A stretch of DNA of 64,000 nucleotides from an uncultured bacterium (GCA_903870275.1 CAIQCK010000049.1:17672-81671); one strand, 5' to 3'; shown: positions 45,483-54,562, counted from the first letter of the stretch. Translations and numbers: made by a program. The notes: generated from the letters alone by a model not told the origin.

Positions 45483-46214
45483 ATGAACTTTGGAATGAAG
45501 CTGGGAAATTTATTGGTAGTGGTGCTGCTTTGCGCGGCGGCGTGCGGCCCGGTAATGAAAACGGATCTGCACGACGCGGTCCGCGCCGGCGACGCGGCAA
45601 AGGCGAGGCAGTGGCTCGCGGCGCGGCCGGAGGCGGTCAACGACCGCGACGCGCTTGGCGACACGCCGTTGGACGTGGCGGCGCAGACGGGCAACATGGA
45701 AATGGCGGAATTGCTTCTGACGCACGGGGCGGATGTGAACGCGAAGGCCAACGCCGGCTGGACGGCGCTGCACTGGGCGGCTTACTGGCAGCACCCGGCG
45801 ATGGCGGAACTCCTGCTGCGCCATCACGCGGACGCAAACGCGCGGAACAGCATCGGCTGCACGCCGTTGCACTGGGCGGCGATTCGCGGCAACAAGGAAC
45901 TGGTCGAACGGCTGGTGGCCAACCAGGCGGACGTGAACGCCGGAGATTTCCGGCAGCGCACGCCGTTGCATTACGCCGCCTACTGGGACCGCAAGGACGT
46001 GGTCGAGGCGCTGATCGCCCATAATGCGGACGTGAACGCCCATGCCAACGCCGACCTTCATCCCGATGGAAACGGCATCACACCGCTGGACGTGGCGGAG
46101 CGGAATGGCCGCTTCACCGTCATCAAGCCGCTGCGCGATCACGGCGCGATACGGGTGCAGATTGCTGTCAACGGGTTGGATAAACCCTCGACAAGCCCGC
46201 GCCCGCAACGATAA
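45483..46214 (+). CDS. secreted/lipoprotein ankyrin-repeat protein
   Basis: Signal peptide MNFGMKLGNLLVVVLLCAAAC. There are about 5 ankyrin repeats (GDTPLDVAAQTGNMEMAELLLTHGADVNA, GWTALHWAAYW..., GCTPLHWAAIRGN..., RTPLHYAAYW...). Confidence 0.85.
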   Translation: MNFGMKLGNLLVVVLLCAAACGPVMKTDLHDAVRAGDAAKARQWLAARPEAVNDRDALGDTPLDVAAQTGNMEMAELLLTHGADVNAKANAGWTALHWAAYWQHPAMAELLLRHHADANARNSIGCTPLHWAAIRGNKELVERLVANQADVNAGDFRQRTPLHYAAYWDRKDVVEALIAHNADVNAHANADLHPDGNGITPLDVAERNGRFTVIKPLRDHGAIRVQIAVNGLDKPSTSPRPQR

Positions 46215-46280
46215 ATATATCCGGCAGGCAACGCGCGCATGGCGGTCGCTGTCCAATACCGGAAACGATGGCGGTGCGCG

Positions 46281-46574
46281 ATGCCGTTCCAAGACAACAT
46301 GCTGAAACGATCTCATGTGATTTACACAGGCCGTGTGCAAGGCGTTGGATTCCGTTACACGGTCCGACAGCTCGCGCACGGCTTCGAGGTGGTCGGCTAT
46401 GTCCGCAACCTGGACGACGGCCGCGTCGAGATGGTCGCCGAAGGCGATGAGGAAGAACTGAACCGTTTTGTAAAGCACGTCGGAAGCAGCGATCTTTCGG
46501 CATACATCCGCCACGAAACCGTGGAGTGGCTGCCGGCCACGGGCGAATTCCACAATTTCTCCATACAACTGTGA
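46281..46574 (+). CDS. acyP: acylphosphatase
   Basis: Signature VIYTGRVQGVGFRY...GYVRNLDDGRVEMVAEG. The start is uncertain: in-frame ATGs lie at 46239, 46281 and 46299. Confidence 0.8.
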   Translation: MPFQDNMLKRSHVIYTGRVQGVGFRYTVRQLAHGFEVVGYVRNLDDGRVEMVAEGDEEELNRFVKHVGSSDLSAYIRHETVEWLPATGEFHNFSIQL

Positions 46575-47440
46575 TTCCCGCCATCGAACTCAAGGGTCTG
46601 ACAAAACGCTACCGGACTGGTTTGCGGCGCGAGACGGTGCTGGCGCTGGATCATCTGGATTTGCAGGTGCAACCGGGTGAAGTGTATGGCTTGCTCGGCC
46701 CGAACGGCTCGGGCAAGAGCACGACGCTGAAACTGGCGCTCGGCCTCATTCGCGCCACCGCCGGCCAAGCCATGATCTTCGGCAAGCCCTGCATGTCGGT
46801 CGTGTCGCGGCTGCACGTCGGCTTCCTGCCGGAGAACCCGTATTTCTACCGCTTCCTGACCGGCGCGGAGACGCTGAAGTTTTACGGCCGCCTCTGCGGC
46901 ATGCGCGGCGCGCCGCTCGCCAAACGCGTGGACGAACTGCTCCAGCTCGTCGGCCTCGCCGGCGCCGCCAGCCGCCCGCTTGCCGGTTACTCCAAAGGCA
47001 TGCTTCAGCGCATTGGTCTCGCACAGGCGATGGTCCACGACCCCGAATTGCTGCTGTTGGACGAGCCGACCGCCGGCGTGGATCCGATCGGCTCGAAGGA
47101 AATCCGCGACCTGATTGTCCGCCTCCGGGCGATGGGCAAGACGGTGCTGCTCTGTTCGCACTTGCTGACGCAGGTGCAGGATGTCTGCGACCGCATTTGC
47201 ATTTTGAACGCAGGCCACAAAGTGCGCGAGGGCCGCGTGGATGATCTGTTGCGCGACCAGAAGCGCCTTTGCGTCACCGTGGAGAACCTGCCCGACGCCG
47301 CGCGGTCGCAGATCGCGCAGTGGGTCGAGGACTGGGGCGCGAGCGTCGTCAGCATTGAAAACCCCCAGACCACGCTGGAGAGCCTGTTCCTCGACGCCGT
47401 CAAAACCGAGCGGCCACCGACGCCGCCGTCCAAACCATGA
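46571..47440 (+). CDS. ABC transporter ATP-binding protein (ABC-2 exporter type)
   Basis: GTG start forming a GTGA overlap with the acyP stop. Walker A GPNGSGKST, signature YSKGMLQRIGLA, Walker B LLLLDEP. Confidence 0.9.
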   Translation: MIPAIELKGLTKRYRTGLRRETVLALDHLDLQVQPGEVYGLLGPNGSGKSTTLKLALGLIRATAGQAMIFGKPCMSVVSRLHVGFLPENPYFYRFLTGAETLKFYGRLCGMRGAPLAKRVDELLQLVGLAGAASRPLAGYSKGMLQRIGLAQAMVHDPELLLLDEPTAGVDPIGSKEIRDLIVRLRAMGKTVLLCSHLLTQVQDVCDRICILNAGHKVREGRVDDLLRDQKRLCVTVENLPDAARSQIAQWVEDWGASVVSIENPQTTLESLFLDAVKTERPPTPPSKP

Positions 47441-48414
47441 GCACCGCGTCCGCCCAACCTGACGTCGTTTATTTCAACCTCGGCCGCGTCTGGACGATGG
47501 CGCTGACCACGCTCATCGAGATGACCCGCCAGAAGGTGTTCTACTTCATGATCGTTTTCGGTCTGTTGATGATCGGCACCGCGAGTTTCTTCAGCATCTT
47601 TTCGTTCGGCGAGGAGGCGCAATACATCACCCAGCTCAAGTTCATCAAAGACACCGGCCTCGGCGCGGTCAGCGTCTTCGGCTCGATCATCGCCATCGTT
47701 GCGACGGCGCAGTTGCTGCCGGCAGAACTGGAAAATCGCACCATCTACACGATCCTCGCCAAGCCCGTGCATCGCTCGGAGTTTTTGCTCGGCAAGTTCG
47801 TCGGTGTCACCCTGCTGCTGACAATCTCGGTGGCGTTGATGGGAACGCTGTTCCTCGGCGTCGTATTCATCAAGGACCAGCATCTCTCCGGCAGCATCTA
47901 CCACGAAACGGTCGAGGCGGCCGAAAGCGTGGTCGCCAGTCAGCCGGGAATGACGCCGGCGACGAAGGAAAAGGTGATGGCCGACGCGCACCAGCGCGCC
48001 ACGCAGTCCGCCGATGAGATTCATAAGACCGCCGGTTACCGCGACATCCTCAAGGCGCTGGCCACCACACTGATCAAGCTCTGGCTGGTGGCGGCGATCA
48101 CACTGATGCTGTCAGCCATGGCTACCTCGATGGTGTTCACGGTGGTCATGTCGGCGATGTTGTATTTCGGCGGCCACCTGGTGCCGGTGGCGCAGAAATT
48201 TTACGCGACCAGTAAGACGCTGCCCGGCGAGTGGATGTCCTTCGTGGTCACCTGGATCGTGCCGAACCTCGCAGCGTTTGATGTCGCCGATGATTTGTTC
48301 GCCGGCGACCTGCTGCCGTGGCTGAAGGTGCTGAAGATCCTGTCCTACGGCCTGTTTTACCTGCTCGTGACACTCACGCTGGCGCATTTGCTTTTCCGCG
48401 AGCGCGAGATTTAA
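47437..48414 (+). CDS. ABC-2-type transporter permease
   Basis: ATGA overlap with the ATPase gene. 325 aa with about 6 TM helices and a large loop after TM1-4. Confidence 0.75.
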   Translation: MSTASAQPDVVYFNLGRVWTMALTTLIEMTRQKVFYFMIVFGLLMIGTASFFSIFSFGEEAQYITQLKFIKDTGLGAVSVFGSIIAIVATAQLLPAELENRTIYTILAKPVHRSEFLLGKFVGVTLLLTISVALMGTLFLGVVFIKDQHLSGSIYHETVEAAESVVASQPGMTPATKEKVMADAHQRATQSADEIHKTAGYRDILKALATTLIKLWLVAAITLMLSAMATSMVFTVVMSAMLYFGGHLVPVAQKFYATSKTLPGEWMSFVVTWIVPNLAAFDVADDLFAGDLLPWLKVLKILSYGLFYLLVTLTLAHLLFREREI

Positions 48415-48417
48415 CCA

Positions 48418-49245
48418 ATGAAACGCAACTGGGTGCTGATTCCGCTGGTGCTGGCGCTGACCGGTCTGATCAAACGACCGTTTGAGGCAAGCCTCGCCGC
48501 GGACCGCCCGCACGCGGCGGGCCTCGGCCTGAACCTGAAGACGCGCGAAATGATCGGCCAGGGCATGTCCTTGGCGTTGCTGGGCGGTTTCCGAGCGCTG
48601 GTGGGAGACTTCCTCTGGATCTCCGCGCACAGCGCCTGGGAACAGCACCGCTGGCTCACGATGCGGCAGGATTTTGAAGTGTGCCTGACGCTCCAGCCGC
48701 GGGCGATCGTGTTCTGGGACATGGCCAGTTGGCACCTTGCGTGGAACGCCAGTCACGCCGCGTTCAACGATCCCGAGGTGCCGCTCCTGGCCGTGCGCTT
48801 GCGTGACCAGCGCCTCTGGATGCGCGCCGGCCGCGAATTGCTCGAACGCGGCATCGCCAACAATCCTGATAATTCGTTCCTCTACGAAAAGCTGGCGTGG
48901 ATGTTGCACGACAAATTTCAGGACGCGTGCGGCGCGGCCGACGCCGCGCTCAAAAGCGTGAAACTCTGCCACGATTGGCGCCGCGGATACCTCCAGCGGC
49001 TCGCCGGCTACTGGCTGGAGGACTGCGCCCGCAACGTCGCGCCCGCGCGTCTGCGCGAAACCTACGATTACTGGCGCGAACTCTGGCTCCGCGAATACGC
49101 CGGCAAGCCGCGCGAACATTGGGACACCATTGACAAGAACGTCTCCCGCCGCATCCAGAAGCTCGAAGAGGAACTGGCCATTCCCGATGCGCAAAGACTC
49201 TTTGCAAATTCCCAGCCCTCTGCTACTGTCGCGCCACGCCGATGA
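48418..49245 (+). CDS. hypothetical membrane-anchored helical-repeat (TPR-like) protein
   Basis: Starts 3 nt after the permease stop. It has an N-terminal TM segment (WVLIPLVLALTGLI), a second hydrophobic helix, and then Trp-rich helical repeats. The next gene overlaps its stop by 4 nt. Confidence 0.6.
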   Translation: MKRNWVLIPLVLALTGLIKRPFEASLAADRPHAAGLGLNLKTREMIGQGMSLALLGGFRALVGDFLWISAHSAWEQHRWLTMRQDFEVCLTLQPRAIVFWDMASWHLAWNASHAAFNDPEVPLLAVRLRDQRLWMRAGRELLERGIANNPDNSFLYEKLAWMLHDKFQDACGAADAALKSVKLCHDWRRGYLQRLAGYWLEDCARNVAPARLRETYDYWRELWLREYAGKPREHWDTIDKNVSRRIQKLEEELAIPDAQRLFANSQPSATVAPRR

Positions 49246-49970
49246 AGATTGCTATTCTCGGAGACATTCACGCTAACCTGGAAGCGTTGCAAACGGTCCT
49301 GGCAGACGCCGAAGACGAGCAGGTGGACGAATACCTGTCCGTCGGCGACATCGTCGGCTACGGTCCCAATCCCAAGGAGTGCCTTCAAATCGTCCGGGAT
49401 GAGTTGAAATGCCCCTGCGTTCGCGGCAATCACGATCATCTGGCCTCGGCCAATCTCAGCACGATGAGCTTCAACCCCATCGCCGCGGAGGCGATCGGCT
49501 GGACGCGCGAGCAACTCGACGATGAGGACAAGAAGTTTCTCGGCGATCTGCGGCTCGTGCGGCTCGTGCACGACTTCACCGTCGTCCACGCCACGCTCGA
49601 CATGCCGCAAAGCTGGGGCTACGTCTTCGACCGGCTCGCCGCGGCGTCCTCAATGAGCTACCAGACCACCAACGTCTGTTTCTTCGGCCACACCCACGTG
49701 CCGCTGGCGTTCATCAAGGAAGGCCCCGTCCGCACCGAACACGGCTGGACCACCGTCGAAATCAAACCCGGCTGCCGCTATTTCATCAACGTCGGCTCCA
49801 TCGGCCAGCCTCGCGACGGCAATCCCAAGACCGGCTACGTCATTTATGACACCGACGCCAAAAAGGCTTCCATCAAGCGCCTCGACTACGACATCGCCGC
49901 CGTGCAATACAAAATCCGCCAGGCCGCGTTGCCCGAGAAGCTTGCTGTCCGGCTGGCCCTCGGCAAGTAA
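49242..49970 (+). CDS. metallophosphoesterase (calcineurin-like, YfcE/MJ0936 type)
   Basis: Motifs ILGDIHAN, VGDIVGYGP, RGNHD, GHTH, GSIGQPRDG. Confidence 0.85.
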   Translation: MKIAILGDIHANLEALQTVLADAEDEQVDEYLSVGDIVGYGPNPKECLQIVRDELKCPCVRGNHDHLASANLSTMSFNPIAAEAIGWTREQLDDEDKKFLGDLRLVRLVHDFTVVHATLDMPQSWGYVFDRLAAASSMSYQTTNVCFFGHTHVPLAFIKEGPVRTEHGWTTVEIKPGCRYFINVGSIGQPRDGNPKTGYVIYDTDAKKASIKRLDYDIAAVQYKIRQAALPEKLAVRLALGK

Positions 49971-49994
49971 TCCCGGCGCCGCCGTTTTTCTCGT

Positions 49995-50996
49995 GTGAAA
50001 ATCCTGGTCGTCAAGCCCAGTTCCCTCGGCGACATCATCCACGCCCTGCCCACCGTGCGCATCCTGCGGCGCGCGTACCCGCAAGCCGACATTGCCTGGC
50101 TCGTCAACGACAACTTCGCGTCCATCCTGAACGGTTGTCCCGTCATCAATCGCATCATTCCCTTCGCCCGCCGTCGCTATGCGACGTTCGACGGTTGGAT
50201 GGAGTTCGGCCACTTCATTGCGGCGCTGCGCCGCGAGCGGTTCGATTGGGTTATTGATCTGCAAGGTCTGCTTCGCAGCGGTTTGATCGCGCTCGCCACT
50301 GGCGCGCGCCGCCGCACCGGCTTGTCCGATGGCCGCGAAGGCGCCACGAGTTTTTACAACGAACTGGTCAAGATTCCCCCGCTTCACCTGCACGCGGTGG
50401 ACCGCTATCTGATGTTGCCGCGCCAACTTGGACTGGAAGTGGACCGCGTGGAATTCCCGCTCGCGCCCGACCCGCGCGGGCCGAAAGTGGCGCGCGACAG
50501 CCTCATCCTCATCAATCCAGGCGCGCGGTGGCCCACGAAACGCTGGCCGCCGTCGCGTTTCAGCGAGCTGATCGCCTGCCTCGCCGCGCGGTGGCCCGAT
50601 CACCGCATTGCCATCATCGGCAGCGCCGACGAACGCCTCGTCGCCGAGGCCATCGCCAAGGCGGCCCATGCGCACGTCGAGGTGCTCGCCGGCCGGACCA
50701 CGCTGCCGCAACTGGTGGATTTGACGCGCCGCGCGCGGCTGTTGGTCTCCAACGACAGCGGCCCCATGCACCTCGCCGTTGCCGTCGGCACGCCGGTCGT
50801 CGCCATTCTCGGCCCGACCAATCCGCGCCTGACCGGCCCCTACCCGGCCAGCGCGCACGTCGTGCTCTACGCCACCATGCCCTGCTCGCCGTGTCTCAAG
50901 GGAAAGTGCAAGCCCACGAAGGATATGGAATGCATGACGGCCATCGGGGTCACGGAAGTCGTGAATGCAGCCGACCACCTGATGCGCAAGTCGTGA
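49995..50996 (+). CDS. family 9 glycosyltransferase (LPS heptosyltransferase-like)
   Basis: GTG start. N-terminal KILVVKPSSLGDIIHALP. C-terminal SNDSGPMHLAVAVGTP. Confidence 0.85.
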   Translation: MKILVVKPSSLGDIIHALPTVRILRRAYPQADIAWLVNDNFASILNGCPVINRIIPFARRRYATFDGWMEFGHFIAALRRERFDWVIDLQGLLRSGLIALATGARRRTGLSDGREGATSFYNELVKIPPLHLHAVDRYLMLPRQLGLEVDRVEFPLAPDPRGPKVARDSLILINPGARWPTKRWPPSRFSELIACLAARWPDHRIAIIGSADERLVAEAIAKAAHAHVEVLAGRTTLPQLVDLTRRARLLVSNDSGPMHLAVAVGTPVVAILGPTNPRLTGPYPASAHVVLYATMPCSPCLKGKCKPTKDMECMTAIGVTEVVNAADHLMRKS

Positions 50997-51025
50997 GAAA
51001 GCAAATGCGGCGGCTCCCCCGCCGC

Positions 51026-51880
51026 TCACTTTGCTTCGCGTCGCACGAGCGCCTGAAACGCCCGCATCATTTCGCGCGTCATCGGCCCCGGCCGGCCGAG
51101 ATGAACCCAGTGGCTCCCGATTCGCGTGACCGGCACGACTTCCGCCACGCTGCTGGTGAGAAACACTTCATCGGCGTGAAACAAATCGTTTTGGTGCACG
51201 ATGCGCTCCACCACCGGCAGTTTCTCGGCGTGCGCCAGTTCGATCACGGCGGCGCGCGTGATCCCCACCAGAATCTCCGCCTCCAATGACGGCGTGATCA
51301 GTTCGCGGCCAAGGACGAGAAAAATGTTGCTCGTCGTTCCCTCGGCAACGTGACCGTGATGGTTCAGGAGAATCGCGTCGTCCGCGCCCGCGGCATCCGC
51401 CTCGCGCCGCGCCAGGATTTGGCCCATGTAATTCAGGCTCTTCAAATCGTGCTTTGGCGACAACCGTTCATGGGAAACGATGCACTGGATGCCTTTTTCG
51501 TAGCGTTCCGGCGCCGGCGGCGGCTGCGACCAGCAGGCCGCCAGCACCACCGGCTGTTGCGCCTGCTTGCCGAGCAAGCCGAATTCCCCCACCCCGCGCG
51601 TCACGATGATCCGCGCGACGCCGTTGGCGACGTTGTTGTGTTTCATGAGCTCGCGCAACACCCCCGCGAACTCCGCTTCATTCACGGATAACGGAATGCC
51701 GAGCCGCTCCAATCCCGACCGCAACCGCTCGATGTGGCGGTCCAACCGGAACATTTTTCCGTCGTAGCACCGCAGCGTCTCGAATAGCCCGTCGCCGTAG
51801 AGAAACCCGCGGTCAAACGGCGAGACCGCAGCTTCCTCCTCAGACACGAATTTGCCGTCGCGATAAATCGTCATGCTCAT
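51026..51880 (-). CDS. pabC: class IV aminotransferase-fold protein, probably aminodeoxychorismate lyase
   Basis: Start MSMTIYRDGKF...SPFDRGFLYGDGLFET. It sits directly downstream of pabB and overlaps it by 41 nt. A branched-chain or D-amino-acid aminotransferase cannot be excluded. Confidence 0.7.
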   Translation of the reverse strand: MSMTIYRDGKFVSEEEAAVSPFDRGFLYGDGLFETLRCYDGKMFRLDRHIERLRSGLERLGIPLSVNEAEFAGVLRELMKHNNVANGVARIIVTRGVGEFGLLGKQAQQPVVLAACWSQPPPAPERYEKGIQCIVSHERLSPKHDLKSLNYMGQILARREADAAGADDAILLNHHGHVAEGTTSNIFLVLGRELITPSLEAEILVGITRAAVIELAHAEKLPVVERIVHQNDLFHADEVFLTSSVAEVVPVTRIGSHWVHLGRPGPMTREMMRAFQALVRREAK

Positions 51881-53288
51881 CGGCCAATGCCTCCGCCTGT
51901 GCCAGCGCCCGCACCATGCCGCGCGCCTTGTGCAACGTCTCCTCGTATTCCAACGCCGGCTCGGAGTCTGCGACAATACCGCCACCGGCGTGAAAATGCA
52001 CCATCCCGTTTTTATAAATCATCGTGCGGATGGCGATGTTGAAATCGGCGACGCCGTTGAAGCCGAGATAACCGATCGCGCCCGTATAAACGCCCCGCGC
52101 GCACGGCTCCAGTTCGTCAATGATCTCCATCGCCCGGATCTTGGGCGCGCCGGTGATGCTCCCGCCGGGAAAACACGCGCGGACGGCCTCCACCGCCGTC
52201 ACGCCGCCGGCGAGCCGGCCTTCGACGGTCGAGACCAGATGCATCACTGTCGCGTAATTCTCCAGCGTCACCAGATCCGGCACGTGGACGCTGCCGAACT
52301 CGCACACGCGACCAAGGTCGTTGCGCTCCAGATCGGTGATCATCAACAGCTCCGCCTGATCCTTCGCGCTCATCATCAACTCGCGCGCGGCTTTTTGGTC
52401 CGCCTGTTCGTTGCCGATCCGCGGCCGTGTGCCTTTGATCGGCCGCGTCTGGATGTGACGGCCGCGGATTTGCAGGAACCGCTCCGGCGACGACGACAGG
52501 ATCTGCCCTGCGCCACAATCAAGATACGCCGCGAACGGCGCGGGATTCGCCGCGCGCAGCGCGTGATAAAGCAACTCCGGCGACGACGACGTCTGCGCGC
52601 GGAACCGCTGGCTGAAGTTGATCTGGTAAGCGTCGCCCGCCGCGATGTAGTCGAGAATCCGCCTCACCGCGCGCTCGTAATCTTCCCGCGTCAGATTCGA
52701 CTCCAGCGCCGGCTCGCGCTCATTCGTCAATAATGATGACTGAGGCAGCACCATGCTCGCCGCCAGCTTTCTCTGCCACTCCTCGGCGCGCCGCCATGCG
52801 CGGTCTGAATCAGCGCGACCGCTCTCGTCAACACCGGTGGAAATAATCGTCGCTCGGCCCGTGTCGTGATCGAACACCAACAAGCGGTCATAAACGCCAA
52901 ACCATGCATCCGGCATCGCCAGATCATCTGCAAGCCGCGCAGGCACGCGCTCGACGAATCGCCGCAAGTCGTAGCCGAGGCAGCCGATCAGCGCGCCGTG
53001 AGGCCACTCGCCGCCGCCATTTCCCGCCGAAAACCGCCGCTCCAGTTCCTGCAGCGCCGCGAACGGATTCCCCGACTGCCGCACACGCGTTGTCTCACCG
53101 GTCACTTCGATCCGGTCGCCGTACACCTCGAATACCAACACCGGGTCGCTCGCCACAATCGAGAGCCGCCCCTGCCGCGCATCCGGCAACGCGCTGTCCA
53201 AAAACGCCACGTGCCGCTCTCCGCGCAGTTTCCAGAACGCCTCGAACGCCGAGCCGATGCCGGGACAAAGTTGGATGAACGGTTCCAT
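51840..53288 (-). CDS. pabB: aminodeoxychorismate synthase component I (chorismate-binding, TrpE/PabB family)
   Basis: 482 aa. Motifs SSSPERFL, IKGTRPR, GSITGAPKIRAMEII, RGVYTGAIGY. Pairing with a class IV fold gene favours PabB over TrpE. Confidence 0.8.
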   Translation of the reverse strand: MEPFIQLCPGIGSAFEAFWKLRGERHVAFLDSALPDARQGRLSIVASDPVLVFEVYGDRIEVTGETTRVRQSGNPFAALQELERRFSAGNGGGEWPHGALIGCLGYDLRRFVERVPARLADDLAMPDAWFGVYDRLLVFDHDTGRATIISTGVDESGRADSDRAWRRAEEWQRKLAASMVLPQSSLLTNEREPALESNLTREDYERAVRRILDYIAAGDAYQINFSQRFRAQTSSSPELLYHALRAANPAPFAAYLDCGAGQILSSSPERFLQIRGRHIQTRPIKGTRPRIGNEQADQKAARELMMSAKDQAELLMITDLERNDLGRVCEFGSVHVPDLVTLENYATVMHLVSTVEGRLAGGVTAVEAVRACFPGGSITGAPKIRAMEIIDELEPCARGVYTGAIGYLGFNGVADFNIAIRTMIYKNGMVHFHAGGGIVADSEPALEYEETLHKARGMVRALAQAEALADEHDDLSRRQIRV

Positions 53289-53458
53289 TCAGAATAAGGG
53301 CGCGCAGTTTGCTCTGTTTCTCATTCGCCCGCGACACCGGAAAGTTAGAGGGACTCAACCACATTTACCAGTGCGTTTCCCAGGAACGAAATCCCGTGGC
53401 GGTTCTTTCGTGCATTTCGCGCGTTTCGTGGTTTCATAGCTCCGTCTGGATTCAAACC

Positions 53459-54556
53459 ATGCTTGTGCTCGGTATCGAAAGCTCGTGCGATGAAACCTCC
53501 GCCGCTGTCGTCAGCGACGGCGCGCGCATCCTTTCCAACGTCGTCGCCTCGCAGATCGCGCTGCATCGCCCCTACGGCGGCGTTGTGCCGGAACTGGCCT
53601 CGCGCCATCATCTCAAAATCATCAACACCGTCGTCACCGACGCGCTCCGCGAGGCCGGCGCGACGCTCGACCAGATCGAAGGTGTCGCCGCCACGTGCGG
53701 GCCGGGCCTTGCCAGTTCGTTGCTCATCGGCCTGACCTTCGGCAAATCGCTCGCGCTTGCCCGCGGCCTGCCGTTCATCGGCATCAATCACATGGAGGCG
53801 CACCTCATCTCGCCATGGCTGTCGGCGGGCCGCGCGTTCGAGCCGAACGTCTCCCTCATCGTCTCCGGCGGTCACACCATGCTCGTCCACGTCCGAGCCA
53901 TCGGCGACCACACCGTTCTCGGCCAGACCACCGACGACGCGGCGGGCGAAGCATTCGACAAGGTCGCCAAACTGCTCGGCCTCGGTTATCCCGGCGGCCC
54001 GGAGGTGGAGAAGGCCGCGCGCAGCGGCAATCCCGCCGCCATCCCCTTCCCTCGCGGCAAACTCAACGACCCTGATTTCGATTTCAGCTTCAGCGGCGTC
54101 AAGACCGCCGTGCTCTACTGGCTGAGGAAGCGGGAGCAGAAGGAGAAGGCAGAAGTCAGTAGTCAGAAGTCAGTAATCAGAAGTCAGAAACCAGAAGATG
54201 GAAGTCCATCGCCGGCTTCCGACGCTCCACGCTCCACGCTCAACGCTCAAACGCTCTCCGACCTCTGCGCCAGTTTCCAGCAAGCGGTTGTGGACGTGCT
54301 CGTCGGCAAGGCCATCGCCGCGGCGCTCGCCATGCGCGTCCGCTTCGTCACCGTCTCCGGCGGCGTCGCCTGCAACGGCGCGTTGCGGGACCAACTGGCT
54401 GCGGCCTGCCGCCGCAACGGTCTCGAACTGCTCATGGCCGACCGCAAGCTCTGCACCGACAACGCCGGCATGATCGCCGGCCTCGGCTGGCACAAACTCC
54501 ATGCCGGCCTCCGCAGTCCCCTCGACCTCGACGCCCAGCCGAATCTGCGGCTGTGA
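53459..54556 (+). CDS. tsaD: tRNA N6-adenosine threonylcarbamoyltransferase
   Basis: Start MLVLGIESSCDETSAAVV. Motifs HHLK, GINHMEAH, FSFSGVKTA, VSGGVACN. It contains a repeat-derived insertion (see the two repeat features inside this gene). Confidence 0.9.
   Translation: MLVLGIESSCDETSAAVVSDGARILSNVVASQIALHRPYGGVVPELASRHHLKIINTVVTDALREAGATLDQIEGVAATCGPGLASSLLIGLTFGKSLALARGLPFIGINHMEAHLISPWLSAGRAFEPNVSLIVSGGHTMLVHVRAIGDHTVLGQTTDDAAGEAFDKVAKLLGLGYPGGPEVEKAARSGNPAAIPFPRGKLNDPDFDFSFSGVKTAVLYWLRKREQKEKAEVSSQKSVIRSQKPEDGSPSPASDAPRSTLNAQTLSDLCASFQQAVVDVLVGKAIAAALAMRVRFVTVSGGVACNGALRDQLAAACRRNGLELLMADRKLCTDNAGMIAGLGWHKLHAGLRSPLDLDAQPNLRL
54150..54197 (+). repeat. tandem repeat, 14-nt unit (7-nt sub-period) CAGAAGTCAGTARt x ~3.4, inside tsaD
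   Basis: cagaagtcagtagt / cagaagtcagtaat / cagaagtcagaaac / cagaag read directly from the sequence. It is translated in frame as SSQKSVIRSQKPE. Confidence 0.95.
54222..54256 (+). repeat. tandem heptamer repeat ACGCTCM x 5, inside tsaD
   Basis: acgctcc acgctcc acgctca acgctca aacgctc read directly. It is translated as DAPRSTLNAQTL. Confidence 0.9.
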
Positions 54557-54562
54557 TATTTT

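Noticed and set aside
45510-51029. Minus-strand ORFs 45510-46568, 47005-48024, 48112-49194 and 49650-51029
   Set aside because: Each mirrors a well-supported + strand gene (ankyrin/acyP, ABC ATPase/permease, TPR-like protein, phosphoesterase/GT9). All are Arg/Gly/His/Asp-rich.
54150-54256. Possibility that the short tandem repeats (also at 57582-57616 and 61243-61357) are a CRISPR array
   Set aside because: The units are only 7-14 nt long, directly tandem with no unique spacers, partly translated inside conserved genes, and no cas genes are present in the window.
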